DNA of 64,000 bases from Selaginella moellendorffii. Its lineage: Eukaryota > Plantae > Lycopodiophyta. The position numbers and the translations under genes are program-made. The DNA lies in assembly GCF_000143415.4 (NCBI RefSeq), contig NW_003314267.1, forward strand, positions 2,397,839 to 2,461,838, given 5' to 3'. Of this stretch, positions 35,506 to 46,180 are shown one piece after another; within the stretch, counting starts at the first letter, position 1; each line of letters starts with the position of its first letter. The notes below the pieces were generated by a model. The model ran no database searches. It had not been told where the DNA came from and saw nothing but the letters and a program-made list of their open reading frames with translations.

Positions 35506-38500
35506 CTTTGATGTTGAAGTTAGTATTTGCATCTGGTAATCATTGGTAATGATTGACTATCATTTAAGATAGTTGATTATTCTTGTCAAAAAGTTTTGTT
35601 TGATTATTGTTGATCTAGAATGATTTGCCATTCTTTAGGATGGTGAATTCTTTTTTCGACGATGATTATGTATGTCTTTGTTAATGGGATGATTGATGAT
35701 CTTTCATAATAGTTAGTTATTCTCTTTGATGGTTTATGGTTTTTTGCATTACCACATGGATTGGTCTCTTGGGTTTGAGATATGAGTAGGATGTTGTTGA
35801 CGCTTGCTTAAGCAACTTTAGTTCCTTGGTATTATTGACTATGATCTATTGAAATTGGCTAGTGTGATAGTTAGCATGCACAAGTGTTTATTAGTTTTAC
35901 CACATTCATTCTATTTTGCTGATTGTTGCTATAGTTGGTTTCTATAGATTGGATGTTATTTCCTTTGGGTGATATATTCGCGAGTATTATATTTGCTAGT
36001 CAATGATACTTTGTGTTCTTTTAGTTGTCTTTTGTAAATTGTTTTGCATGCTATCTAAATTCTTTCATAGTTATGTGTTATTATTGAGTTTTCTCAATGA
36101 TACACTTGCTATTGAATTTTGTTGGATAGTAAATTCTATGTTTTCCAATTATAGTGATCTTGGTGGTTCCTGTACTCTAATACTGATTTATCAGATGATA
36201 ACTTACTTGGAATACTCTTGTGTTCTAATCTAAGCTTTATTCATTGATAATTAATTCTCTAAGATATCATTGTTTATAACTTTGATATTGTCCATCTATT
36301 AATTTTTGAGTTTGGGCCAGTATAAACTTTGTGTGCATGGTGAAATTTCTAGTCATGGGGTAGCTACTATTGATTGGTCACATAACCTACCTCTCTGTCG
36401 ATCTATCTTATTTCGTTAAAAGGGCGTGACTATGTAAACAACTCTAACAATAGTCTATCTAAACCTTACTAACGGGTTTGGTTTCTTTACTCAAGAGGGT
36501 TGGGGCCTCTGGCTTCTCTTTCTATGTCCCTACAGGTAGGGGCGTATCACACTTTTGTAAGCTAGATGACACCTAGAGCGGCAAGGGTGGCTAACTCCAT
36601 TGGTCATTTCTTTGTCGGCGACAGCCGGAAGGTGTCTGAGTTGGTAGCACATCCACGTTAGAAAAAGAAGTTACCTTAACTCATTTAAGTTGGTGCATTC
36701 CTCACATAGTGTGAATATCGTAAACTTTTTCTGGAGTTGTTTCCTTGGCAGTATTCTAGATTAGAGTATGCATCAACAAAGACGTCAATCTTCCCTAAGG
36801 GGGAAGGAGTGTCGTGAATGTGATTTTGGGCATTGAAAGTTATCTATTGGCCAGTCCTTACGAACACTCTTTCCTTACTGCCATGATGGCAGGTGGTCAG
36901 TATTGTTGGTTCTCTTTATCAGCCCTCTTGTTCAAGTGTTAATTTACTGGGCTTAGTAGCTGTACTTAGCCAGATGGACATAAGGTAGGAACTCCTATGT
37001 GTTTCTAGCTGAGCATACTTGGCCTAACTCTTAGTTCTCTTTTGCTCTGTGTTGCACTGACTTGACAAGAACCCTTGTATATTAAGATTAGTCCCTCAAT
37101 ATTGTTCGATGATAGCCTACTGTATCTACTAAACACCCTTGCTATCATGCCCTTTGTATTGGTCTTATTTCGGTCTTAAATATTATTTATGGAAAGTGTC
37201 TACATTTTCTTATTTAGAATATCTACGGAATGTAGAGATTGTCCTGAACACAATGGTGTTCGTCCCATGTCCAAATTCGCAATCTAGGGACATTCCATAT
37301 TTAGTAAGTTTCAAGCTTGTTCTAGAGACTAACTCTTGATACTAAGGGAGACTTAAGGTGAAAGCCCAAAGCGTGTGTTCCTCAAGGGGGGGGGGGCATA
37401 TGGGGGGTTTCAAATGTATAGTAAGGATAGTAGGTAAGTTGGGTATGGCCGACCAACTTGAAGCATATTCTAGCTCCCGCTTGTGTACTTGTCCTTGTTC
37501 AGCGTGTAGCTTGGGTCTAAGCCCAACCTTCACACCATGTTAGCTGATGGAGTACCCATGTCCTCGCATTAGGTTACCAGTATGCCAAAATAACACCAGA
37601 CTCTGTTTGGCTTTGTTTTACATGTTGGTTTTAGCATTGGGATCCTAGATGCTCTAGGATTGTTCCAAATTGCTTCATGCTCTTATCCCTTCGCTCTTTG
37701 AGTTGTATGCTCAGAAGTTGCTCCGTTGCCTAGTTCCATCACTCCTTGGCTCCATGCTAGGAGTTTGGCACCATTCTTTCATTCAGAGGCCCAAGGCTCT
37801 GAAACTCAAGTTTCACACCATTGTACTTTACATGTGGCATGTGGCACGTGGCACATAGAGGGTTTAGGTTCCACTTCATGGTTATCCTATGGTAAATCAC
37901 CATAGGATAAAGGGTTAAAACCACATGCATAATGATTATAATTTTCAAGTACACTTTGGTTATAGATATTTTATTGATCCAAAGAAATTCCATCTTCAAA
38001 ATACTAAATGTGTTCAAACATGATTGATCATACTTGAAACTTGGATTGCAATGGCAAAGTAATCACACCAGATGTTGAGATTAACATATAAAATTAAAAG
38101 ATATTCAAACTATAAATCAATTATTTTTACATTTTATAGTGATTATAATTTTCAAATACACTTTTGTTATAGGTACTCTATTGATTTTTAAAAAATCCCA
38201 TCTTCAAAATACTGAATGCGTTCAAATATGGTTGATCATACTTGAAATTTGGATTGTAATAATAATTTTAGAGATTGTAGTTATTCACAAAAAGTTTACA
38301 TAGTGAACTAAAATTTCTTAACTCCTAAGTGACAACAAGTTTAACAGGTTTAGAGTGAAAATTTTTCAAAATAAAAACGTGGGGTACAAGTATATTACAT
38401 TATAAACTTCAAACATTTTATAATTGAAATTGAAAAACTTAAATAATGGCCAAAGTTATATCTATTTTTCCTTCTTATTGATATGTTTTTTTTTACTGCC

Positions 38501-40669
38501 TTGAAAACCACTAACTTATTTGAATATGTTCTATGAATAACAGCATATATTACAATGTGTATAAAAAAAATTAACGATCAATGGTTTGAAAAAAAAACCT
38601 AGAGTATTACTCTAGAGATTAAAATTAAATTTCACTTCTCTCAAAATATTTTATTAAGTTTAACTTGTGAAGTGAAGATTATTTATATAATTACTGGTCT
38701 AATTTTTATTTAGTAGTGTAATGAATATTAGTTAATATATAATGATTTTTATTGAATTAGTTCTTGAACTTACATATATATGCAACATGGAAGACGAAGA
38801 TGACTTACCAGATGATGGAATTCACTTTTCTAATGATGTAAATAATAAAAATGGTAGTAGCTCTGAAGAAAATGATAAAGAAGAAGTTATTGACGCATTG
38901 AATATATCATTAATTTATATTAATTTTCTATATATTTTAGGTAAACCTGTAGGGGTAGTGGATATACCTAGAATATGCTTAGATATTTTAGGATACTACT
39001 ATCTATCAATCAGTTGTTATTCATTTAGATTAATTTTGTATTTATAATTTATAAACTTTTCTAAACACTTTCTAGTATATTTTAATTTATTCTATGATCT
39101 AATAGGATATATTTAATAAGATTAATCTTATGTTTATAATTATAAACTTCTATTTGATAAATTATAAAAAAACACTACTATTAAGCAAACCAAGCATGGC
39201 TGCATTCAACATGTAGAAAATTATTTAAAATGTCCACTAGTAAGTGATAGCTACTTTTTATAAGTTTGTTTAAGTTTTTAATTTATAGCAAAAAACTTAG
39301 TCTGGATTTTCTACTCAAAACTCCTCAACACAAATTAACTATAGTGTTAGACTTCTGTTAACACCTCCACCTATAAAGCTTTGGTGTACTTTCTCTTAAA
39401 TATGTCGTTCTCACACACAAAAAATCTCTTTAATTTAAGTGGTTAATTAAATTTAGATTCAGATAATATCTTAGATGATGAGATTAAGGAATCTTTGTGA
39501 TTCTAGCAGGAGAATCGGCAATCCAGAGAGCTTGGACGAGTTCAAGAAAATCACCAGCAAAACAAGGAAGTGAAAAGTTTTTGGGATAACAATCCAAAAT
39601 TTTGGAAGATTGAGGCATCATAAACAGTAGACTCTTGAGGATAAAAGGCAAGGGTGGCATGATGGAGGTTAAGTTAAGCTTCACCTAAAGAACAATTATG
39701 ACCCTTTGGTATTAAGAAAAAGTTTCCATCTTATTTAGAAAGCAGAGAGTGTTCTTTGAGAGAAAGTTTATGAACAATTATAGTCCATTGGTGTTTTTAA
39801 GCTTGTAGTAGTGTTGGAGGAATGTCTAGAGAGGATTCTGAGGTCATGGGAGGAAATCTTAAAGTTGTTCATGATTGGTTATGGAAACACAATGAATTAG
39901 AAGTCTTGAGAGAGATCTCTAGTGAGTTGGAGTGACCAAGAGCAAGTCCTAGTGCAAGAAAGAGCTCATCACTTTTGTGGGCAAGTTGGGTCATTAAAAA
40001 TTAGACTAGTGGTGTTCCCAGATATGTTTGAGAACAAAATAGTGCATGAGAGAGAGGGCATTTTTATTATGGCTGAGAAGTTATAAGTAAGAAAAATTCA
40101 CTAAAGAATCTGTGTACAACATAAGAAGTTAAAAGTAAGAAAGATTCACTAGAGACGTGGCATCTCTTTGGTGCTACAAGTTGGTGGCAGGCTACAAAAA
40201 GGCCCTTGGAGCTGCAATTGATAAGCCAAACGAGCTCAAGAGCATTCAGGGCAAGAAGAAGAAGAAGAGAGAAGAGGAGAAGTAGCCCAAACTGGACGTG
40301 CCATGTGGATTACAACTAACTTGAATTGTTAATACCCACCCTAAGATGAAGCTATAGGATATATTTATCCTTGTCTTTGTCATTTCCCTTGTTCTTATGT
40401 GTGGCCCTAATGGCAAACTCCACGAAAACCAGCAAGAGGCAGGTGTGTCAAGAAGATGCTCCAGCAGGGCACTGACGACCTGGAGCCAGAGCATGCTAAA
40501 GGGAGGTGAGGCGGTTGCAAGCAGCAACGCCCGCACGCGATCGTCCACGACAGGCACCAGCCAATTCACCCATTAGCCCAGGAATTCGGCCCATATAAAC
40601 AGCCATGGTCATTCATTTCCATCTCTAGACTCATGAATTGTACGATGATCTTTGTGAATACCCAGAGCG

Positions 40670-42594
40670 GGTATTTGGCCACCGTTAAAGAGATGTAAGA
40701 GTCCTTGCCTGATCAACACGTGGTGGCTTGGACGGTGATCGTGCAAGCTTACGGTTGCCAAGGCTCTCCTTCCTTGCTAAGAACATCTTTAATAAAATCC
40801 GAAGAAGAATCCAGTGTCGTGGAGCGTGATGCTCTTTACATATGCCGAGAATGGGCAGTTTGACGAGGCCGTGAAGGTCTGTGTCCTGCGCAACTCTCAC
40901 GCAAGTTTACAATTTGGGTGATCTCGGCCGCGCCAGGAGCGTGTTCGAGAGCATGAAAATGCACAGTTTGGTTTCCCCATGGTGTTACAACTGAGCAGTG
41001 GAAGTCTTCCAGCTTATGAATCTTGAGGGCGTCAAACCAGGTGACGTTCCGGAGCGTCTCGTGCCCGAGGGGTTGGAACACATCAGAGCACAGAACTCTG
41101 AGTGCCAAGGACCTCGTCAACTTGATGCCATTCCTCCCAGAAGTCGTGATCTGGATGTCGCTGCTGGGAGCTTGGCGCCTCCACCGCCATGCCGATTGTG
41201 CCGAGCGATCTTCAAGCTGGAGCCTGGCTACACGACTGCCTACGTCGTTTTCTCGAACATGTGCTCGTCGATCGGGAGGAGGGACAAGGTCTCGATGATC
41301 TGGAACCTCATGAAGTCGAGGCGAGTGAGAAAACTTCCGGAGATCAGCAACATCGGCAGTGAAGTTCACAGTTTCGTAGTGGGGGATCTTTCGCATCCTC
41401 GCAGCAAAGACAACTTCGGGGAGCTCTAGAGGCTGGCCGCTGGTTATGTTCCTGACACGAATGAGATCTTGTACGAGGTTGGCGAGGAGCAAAAGGAGGA
41501 GCTGCTGCACTACCACAGCGAGAAGATGGCTGTGGCTTTTGGATTGATCAGCACGCAGCAAGGGTTGCCGCTGAGGATCATCATGAACTTTTGGGTGTGT
41601 GCGCTCAGCTATCAAGTTTGTGTGAGGATGTAATACATCCGAGATCACCGTACGGCTGAAACACGTGGTAACACATGGTGGATCTGGAGAGTCACGACTC
41701 TCACCTCTGTATGTATAACAATGATGATATTTGAGCGAGAGAGTTTTTCTCTTCTTCCTTGGTTTACAACATGGTATCAGAGGTCAGGGATTAAATCTTG
41801 GGCTGAATGGAGCAGGAAGAGGAGGAAGACGATGAGCCCCCTGATCTGGAGCGGCTGTGAATTGCAAATATCAAGATGGAGGTTTTTTTGTTTATTTTGT
41901 CTTGTGCAGGCAACCCTAAAATGGAGGCGGTTCTTAATTGGGACTGGCCTGGATTTGAATTGGAAGGGTTGTGGCATTGCTTGCTACCGCTGGAGACGAT
42001 CTGATGCCCCTACTGCTACAAGGGAAGGCTTCCTTGGGCTGGAGATTTTCTGATGCTGCCAAGAGGCTTCTGTTCTTCCTGGGAATTGCTGTGTGCAAGG
42101 GCCTTGAGGCTGATGGAGAGATCACATTTGAGGGGGGGAGATGGAACAAAATGCTGGTTCCTGACAGGTCCTGATACAAGCTGGGCTGTGTGCAAGCTTG
42201 GGTACCTTGGAACGTGCTGCTATTGTTGTTCAACACCACAAGATGCTGATTTCGTGAGCTCAGCTTTTCTTGGCTGAGTGGGGGGAGTGAGATAGGTTTC
42301 TCAGTGGTTTAGCATTAGTTTCTTTTTTCTGATCCAGCCATCGCACGCTGATCTCGGCTGAGTGGGGGTGTGAGGATGTAATACATCCGAGATCACCGTA
42401 CGGCTGAGACACGTGGTGACACGTGGAGAGTCACGACTCTCACCTCTGTATGTATAGCGATGATGATATCTGAGCGAGAGAGTTTTTTCTCTTCTTCCTT
42501 AGTTTACAACAGTTTGGTGGGACGATCTATAACTGTGACAGACGCTAGTCGGCTCCATCGCTTGAGCACGTGCTCTTGCGGAGATTACTGGTGA
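40670..42594 (+). pseudogene. PLS-class PPR-E-DYW pseudogene interrupted by a TRIM
   Basis: VVAWTVIVQAYG, VSWSVML, WMSLLGAWRLH, VHSFVVGDLSHP, GYVPDT, HSEKMAVAFGLI, then after the insertion ...CSCGDYW*; frameshifts and stops. Confidence 0.92.
41621..42511 (+). mobile_element. TRIM (terminal-repeat retrotransposon in miniature), 891 bp
   Basis: TG...CA LTRs 41621-41771 and 42369-42511, PBS tggtatcagag 41772-41782, PPT gagtggggg, TSD GTTTG on both sides. Confidence 0.95.
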
Positions 42595-42765
42595 CTTTGC
42601 TCGGCTCGTTCGAGAGACGGATGCGAGTGGAGGAGCCCATGAGCAATTTTCTAGCATTGAGGTAGAGTTCCATCTTTGCTTTTCTGGTCGCTTCATGGAA
42701 TGCGAGGGACAAGCTTGCAACGAATCCACAACTAAGGAGAAAAGAATTTTATAAACGGGACAATC

Positions 42766-43419
42766 TCAAACAAAGTTGGATCGGACTTGGTTGATGCTAC
42801 GCTCGCCCAAGAAGAACGTCTTCTCGAGCACCTCGTCCGGGACCTCGGGTCGGGATCCAAACATGGATCTGGCAATGAACTGGATTCCGGGAAGCTGGGA
42901 GTTGAGAATGGCGATGATCTTGGCATTGGTACGTCCTACGTTCATCTGCCAGTGGATCAATCCGCGAGGAATCACCATGACTTCTCCCCTGTTCATCACT
43001 CGAGCAAACAGACGATTATCCGCTGTGACGATGGCGGCGTAGACGGTCCCTTCTTCTACGTAGACCATCTCCGAGGCTCTGGGATGGGTGTGTGGAGGGA
43101 TGATTCCTTCGGGGAGAAAGTCGAGCCTAGCGATGGAGAGACCCAAAGTGTTGAGGCCTGGAAATCTCAGCACAGTTCCAAAGATGGCACCTGAGCTGTT
43201 GATGTTTGTGGTGTTGGAGGAGTTGACGATTCCGCTGTAGATGAAGTCGTCGACCGTGACTGCGGAGGCGTTCCTGCATGGGAATCCATTGATCCCGGGG
43301 ACAACGTTGAGATCTCCAATGCAAAAGTCCTGGAGTGGATCTGGATCGGATGAGACTACTGTCCACACGAAGAATGAGAGCAAAGCAAATGAGAGAGCGT
43401 GAGATCTGGACACAGCCAT
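42766..43419 (-). CDS. Germin-like protein (cupin)
   Basis: Signal peptide, SDPDPLQDFC, FPGLNTLGLS, PPHTHPRASE, PRGLIHWQ. Confidence 0.97.
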   Translation of the reverse strand: MAVSRSHALSFALLSFFVWTVVSSDPDPLQDFCIGDLNVVPGINGFPCRNASAVTVDDFIYSGIVNSSNTTNINSSGAIFGTVLRFPGLNTLGLSIARLDFLPEGIIPPHTHPRASEMVYVEEGTVYAAIVTADNRLFARVMNRGEVMVIPRGLIHWQMNVGRTNAKIIAILNSQLPGIQFIARSMFGSRPEVPDEVLEKTFFLGERSINQVRSNFV

Positions 43420-43869
43420 AGTCGATCAAGAGGGGAGAAATCTTTAATTGGAGACGAGGATCGCTGGATTTATGATGAACCGTTGCCTTGAATGATATAT
43501 ATACCTCGAAAATGTGGTCGTGCGCGTACACACTAATTTGGAAAGCCGAGCGAGCCACCATGTTGGAACACCGAGTTTCAATCAGCGAAAATCACTTTTG
43601 AATGTATGCCGTCAGATTGTTTTAAATCGGACGGCTGTATATGAAAGGGCTAAACGAGAAGATGGATTCTAGGGTTTTGGATGAGCACTGAGGAAGCAGC
43701 AGCATTTCTCATCGGCAGTAATTATTTTGATCGATCGAGGTAGCTTGGGTCTTTCGCTAGAAACGTTTCGTGAGCATGGTGCATAGAAATCTTGATCATC
43801 AGCGGCATTGTCTCATAGTGTTCGATGGCGACCAGTGTGGATATTCGTCTCAGGCATTGCTTTTGGTTG

Positions 43870-44110
43870 TTCGCGGTAGCCGTGGCTGTGGACATGTTTG
43901 CCAAGTGTGGGAACTCAGATCAGGCACTGATCTTCGATAGCATGGCTTTCCATGACGTGCTCTCGTGGAATGCACTCATGCAAGGATGGCAAAGAAGACT
44001 TTGCTCTCGATCTCTTCTCGCAAATCCAGACATCTCAAGAAGCTACGCCGGACGCGCGGACTTTCATCGCGGCTTTGATGGCGTGCTCGCAAAAGCAGCG
44101 AAAGAAGATG
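43870..44110 (+). pseudogene. PPR fragment
   Basis: VDMFAKCG...IFDSMAFHDVLSWNALMQG, then a frameshift to ALDLFSQI...PDARTFIAALMACS. Confidence 0.75.
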
Positions 44111-44169
44111 TCAATTGGAGTGTCGCAAGTCGAAAAAGCTGGATTTGAGTTTTTTAGCAAGTGCGCTGG

Positions 44170-44352
44170 CCAGAATTTTCTAAGAACTAGAGCTTTCTCA
44201 TTAGTATCTTACAAGGCGCAAAGAAGAACAATGCACGAGGAAAGAAAGAAACTTTCTAGCTAACATCGAAAGACCTGAAAGAACTTCTTCGATGCAAATG
44301 GGTATTTTGCGCACCCCGCGGGCATATTCTTCCTTCCTCACGGACGAGCAAA
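44170..44352 (-). repeat. Inverted copy of the F-box gene 3' end/3' UTR (partner 45940-46127)
   Basis: ccagaattttctaagaactagagctttc...gcgcaccccgcgggcatattcttccttcctca.ggacgagcaaa is the reverse complement of 45940-46127 with small indels. Confidence 0.92.
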
Positions 44353-44877
44353 TCTCATTCATTTAGAATAGTATTATCATATTGCGGTTTAGACCCTCTC
44401 TAAGCCCGACGCAAGATGAGCATCAGTGATACCTCCGCAGCTACCTTAGTGATTTCTTCTTGGTGGCAAGAAACCCGTCCATATAACTCAATGTTCCCGT
44501 CTGTATCTCACGTATGTAAATATCCATTATTTCTTTGGGCGTGATCAATTCTTAGTTCTTACACTCTACTATCGAAGGAATTCTGCAATGTGATCCACGA
44601 GAATCTGGAATCTACGAGCCTTACAGTTGGTAAAAAAAAAAAAAAGAATACGAATTTACCAATGAACCAATATATACCAGAATATACTCTCTAAGCCTGG
44701 TAACAAATCCAAACGATACATGTCAGAAATGTGTACGGGTGCACTCTAACAGAATTTTGTGATCATGGGGACTTACGATGGATCGAGGCTGTCCAAACAC
44801 TTGCGATCCATCCTGTCCGTCCAGCACATCTTCGTGCTTCCTGAGCGCGCGAGCGTGGAGAGCTCGCCAGGGGGACG

Positions 44878-45954
44878 ATGGCCGGCAGTGTGTGGGCGAA
44901 TTCGAAGCTCATTGCGATCGGCTGTGCTGCTCTCGCAGCAGCGCTTGCGACGTCGTTCTGGGCATTGATCCCGCGCATGCGCAGGCCCAGGAAATCCAAG
45001 ATCGATCGAGACGACTTGCCGGTGGAGGTCTGGGCCAAGATCCTGGGGAAGATGACTCCCAGGGAAATGATTGCGAGCAGGGGGATCTCCAAGCTGTGGC
45101 GCGTGGCGGTGGATCAAGAGCTCTCGACACGGCTGTGGATTGTGGAAGAATCCAATGGCAGGGTCCGGGACTCGCGCGGCCCGGCCTTCGATTGCGTGAT
45201 CGCCAGCATGAGATCCTTGCTGCCGTCGTGGGCGACCACCCAGAATCTAGGACGCTACCTCTTCTCTGGAGTTCCTGGATCGTGGAACAGCAGCTCTCGA
45301 GGCCTCGTAGTTGGTTCTTGCGAAGACGAAGCTGGATCATACATTCTCTTTGTGGGCAATCCTCTGCTGCGATTGTGGGATAAGCTGCCGGATCCGGATC
45401 TTGGCGACATCTCCGGTCTCTACGTCTCCATCGAGCACAAGAGCGACTCCTCTGGTTCTTACTCGGTGCATGTCGCCGATCCCGGCCACCAACGAGCCAA
45501 GAAGCTGGATTCCCACGAAGGTTTCTTCTGGAAAGAAGAAGCCGACTGGGCCAAAGCCTGCTCGTTCCACCAGGAGCTCCGCCAGCCGCCCAGAAACGTC
45601 CCTCCTTTCCCAGCGGCTGCGACCAGAGCGCGCGTGGATCCGAATGCGGCGACGAGTGTGCGGTTCCGCTCGCTCGCGCTCGCCAGGAAATCGCGGGGTA
45701 ACGATTTTGAGCTTTGGGAACTGGTTGGTGGTGCGTGGTCCAGGCTCGGTGCTGGCTCGTACGAGCTGGATTTCCTCCTGAGCGGCCTCTGCGACGACGA
45801 TTCCGACTGGAAGGCGTTCTTCGGCGACAAGTTGGTGGTGCTGAAATGGCTACAGTTTGTGGCGACATTCGACTTGGGCGACGACGCGGATGGGCGCTGG
45901 CACGATTTGGAAAAGGCCTGCTTTGTGTGGCAGCCAGGCTTTGCTCGTCCCTGA
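44878..45954 (+). CDS. F-box protein with an N-terminal hydrophobic anchor, intronless
   Basis: LIAIGCAALAAALATSFWALI followed by DDLPVEVWAKILGKMTPREMIASRGISKLWR; FVGNPLLRLWDKLP resembles plant F-box-associated regions. Confidence 0.8.
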   Translation: MAGSVWANSKLIAIGCAALAAALATSFWALIPRMRRPRKSKIDRDDLPVEVWAKILGKMTPREMIASRGISKLWRVAVDQELSTRLWIVEESNGRVRDSRGPAFDCVIASMRSLLPSWATTQNLGRYLFSGVPGSWNSSSRGLVVGSCEDEAGSYILFVGNPLLRLWDKLPDPDLGDISGLYVSIEHKSDSSGSYSVHVADPGHQRAKKLDSHEGFFWKEEADWAKACSFHQELRQPPRNVPPFPAAATRARVDPNAATSVRFRSLALARKSRGNDFELWELVGGAWSRLGAGSYELDFLLSGLCDDDSDWKAFFGDKLVVLKWLQFVATFDLGDDADGRWHDLEKACFVWQPGFARP

Positions 45955-46180
45955 GGAAGGAAGAATATGCCCGCGGGGTGCGCAAAATACCCAAAGTGGG
46001 CATTTGCATCGAAGAGGTCTTTCCATGTTAGCTAGAAAGTTTCTTTCTTTCATCGTGCATTGTTTTTCTTTGCGCATCATCGCGCCTTGATACTAATGGG
46101 AAAGCTCTAGTTCTTAGAAAATTCTGGAATCTAGCTGATATAATGCTATACACTACCCTAAAGACAGGCAATTAGGGTTT

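Larger units (their letters stand above)
22494..37930 (+). mobile_element. LTR element B: Gypsy-type ends, decayed interior with antisense Copia pol; 5' LTR interrupted by element A
   Basis: 5' LTR 22494-22606 + 30064-31557, PBS tggtattagag at 31560, PPT aagggggaaggag 36797-36809, 3' LTR tgtcgtgaatg... 36810 to about 37930. Confidence 0.85.

Noticed and set aside
37931-40330. Possible DNA transposon hosting element B (with 21850-22493 and a ~208-bp tandem repeat)
   Set aside because: Looks like decayed TE, but no TIR, TSD or transposase motif could be identified
44909-46009. 366-aa antisense ORF over the F-box gene, and similar antisense ORFs over the RLK, EFL1 and CHY genes
   Set aside because: Expected shadows of GC-rich coding sequence; no motifs
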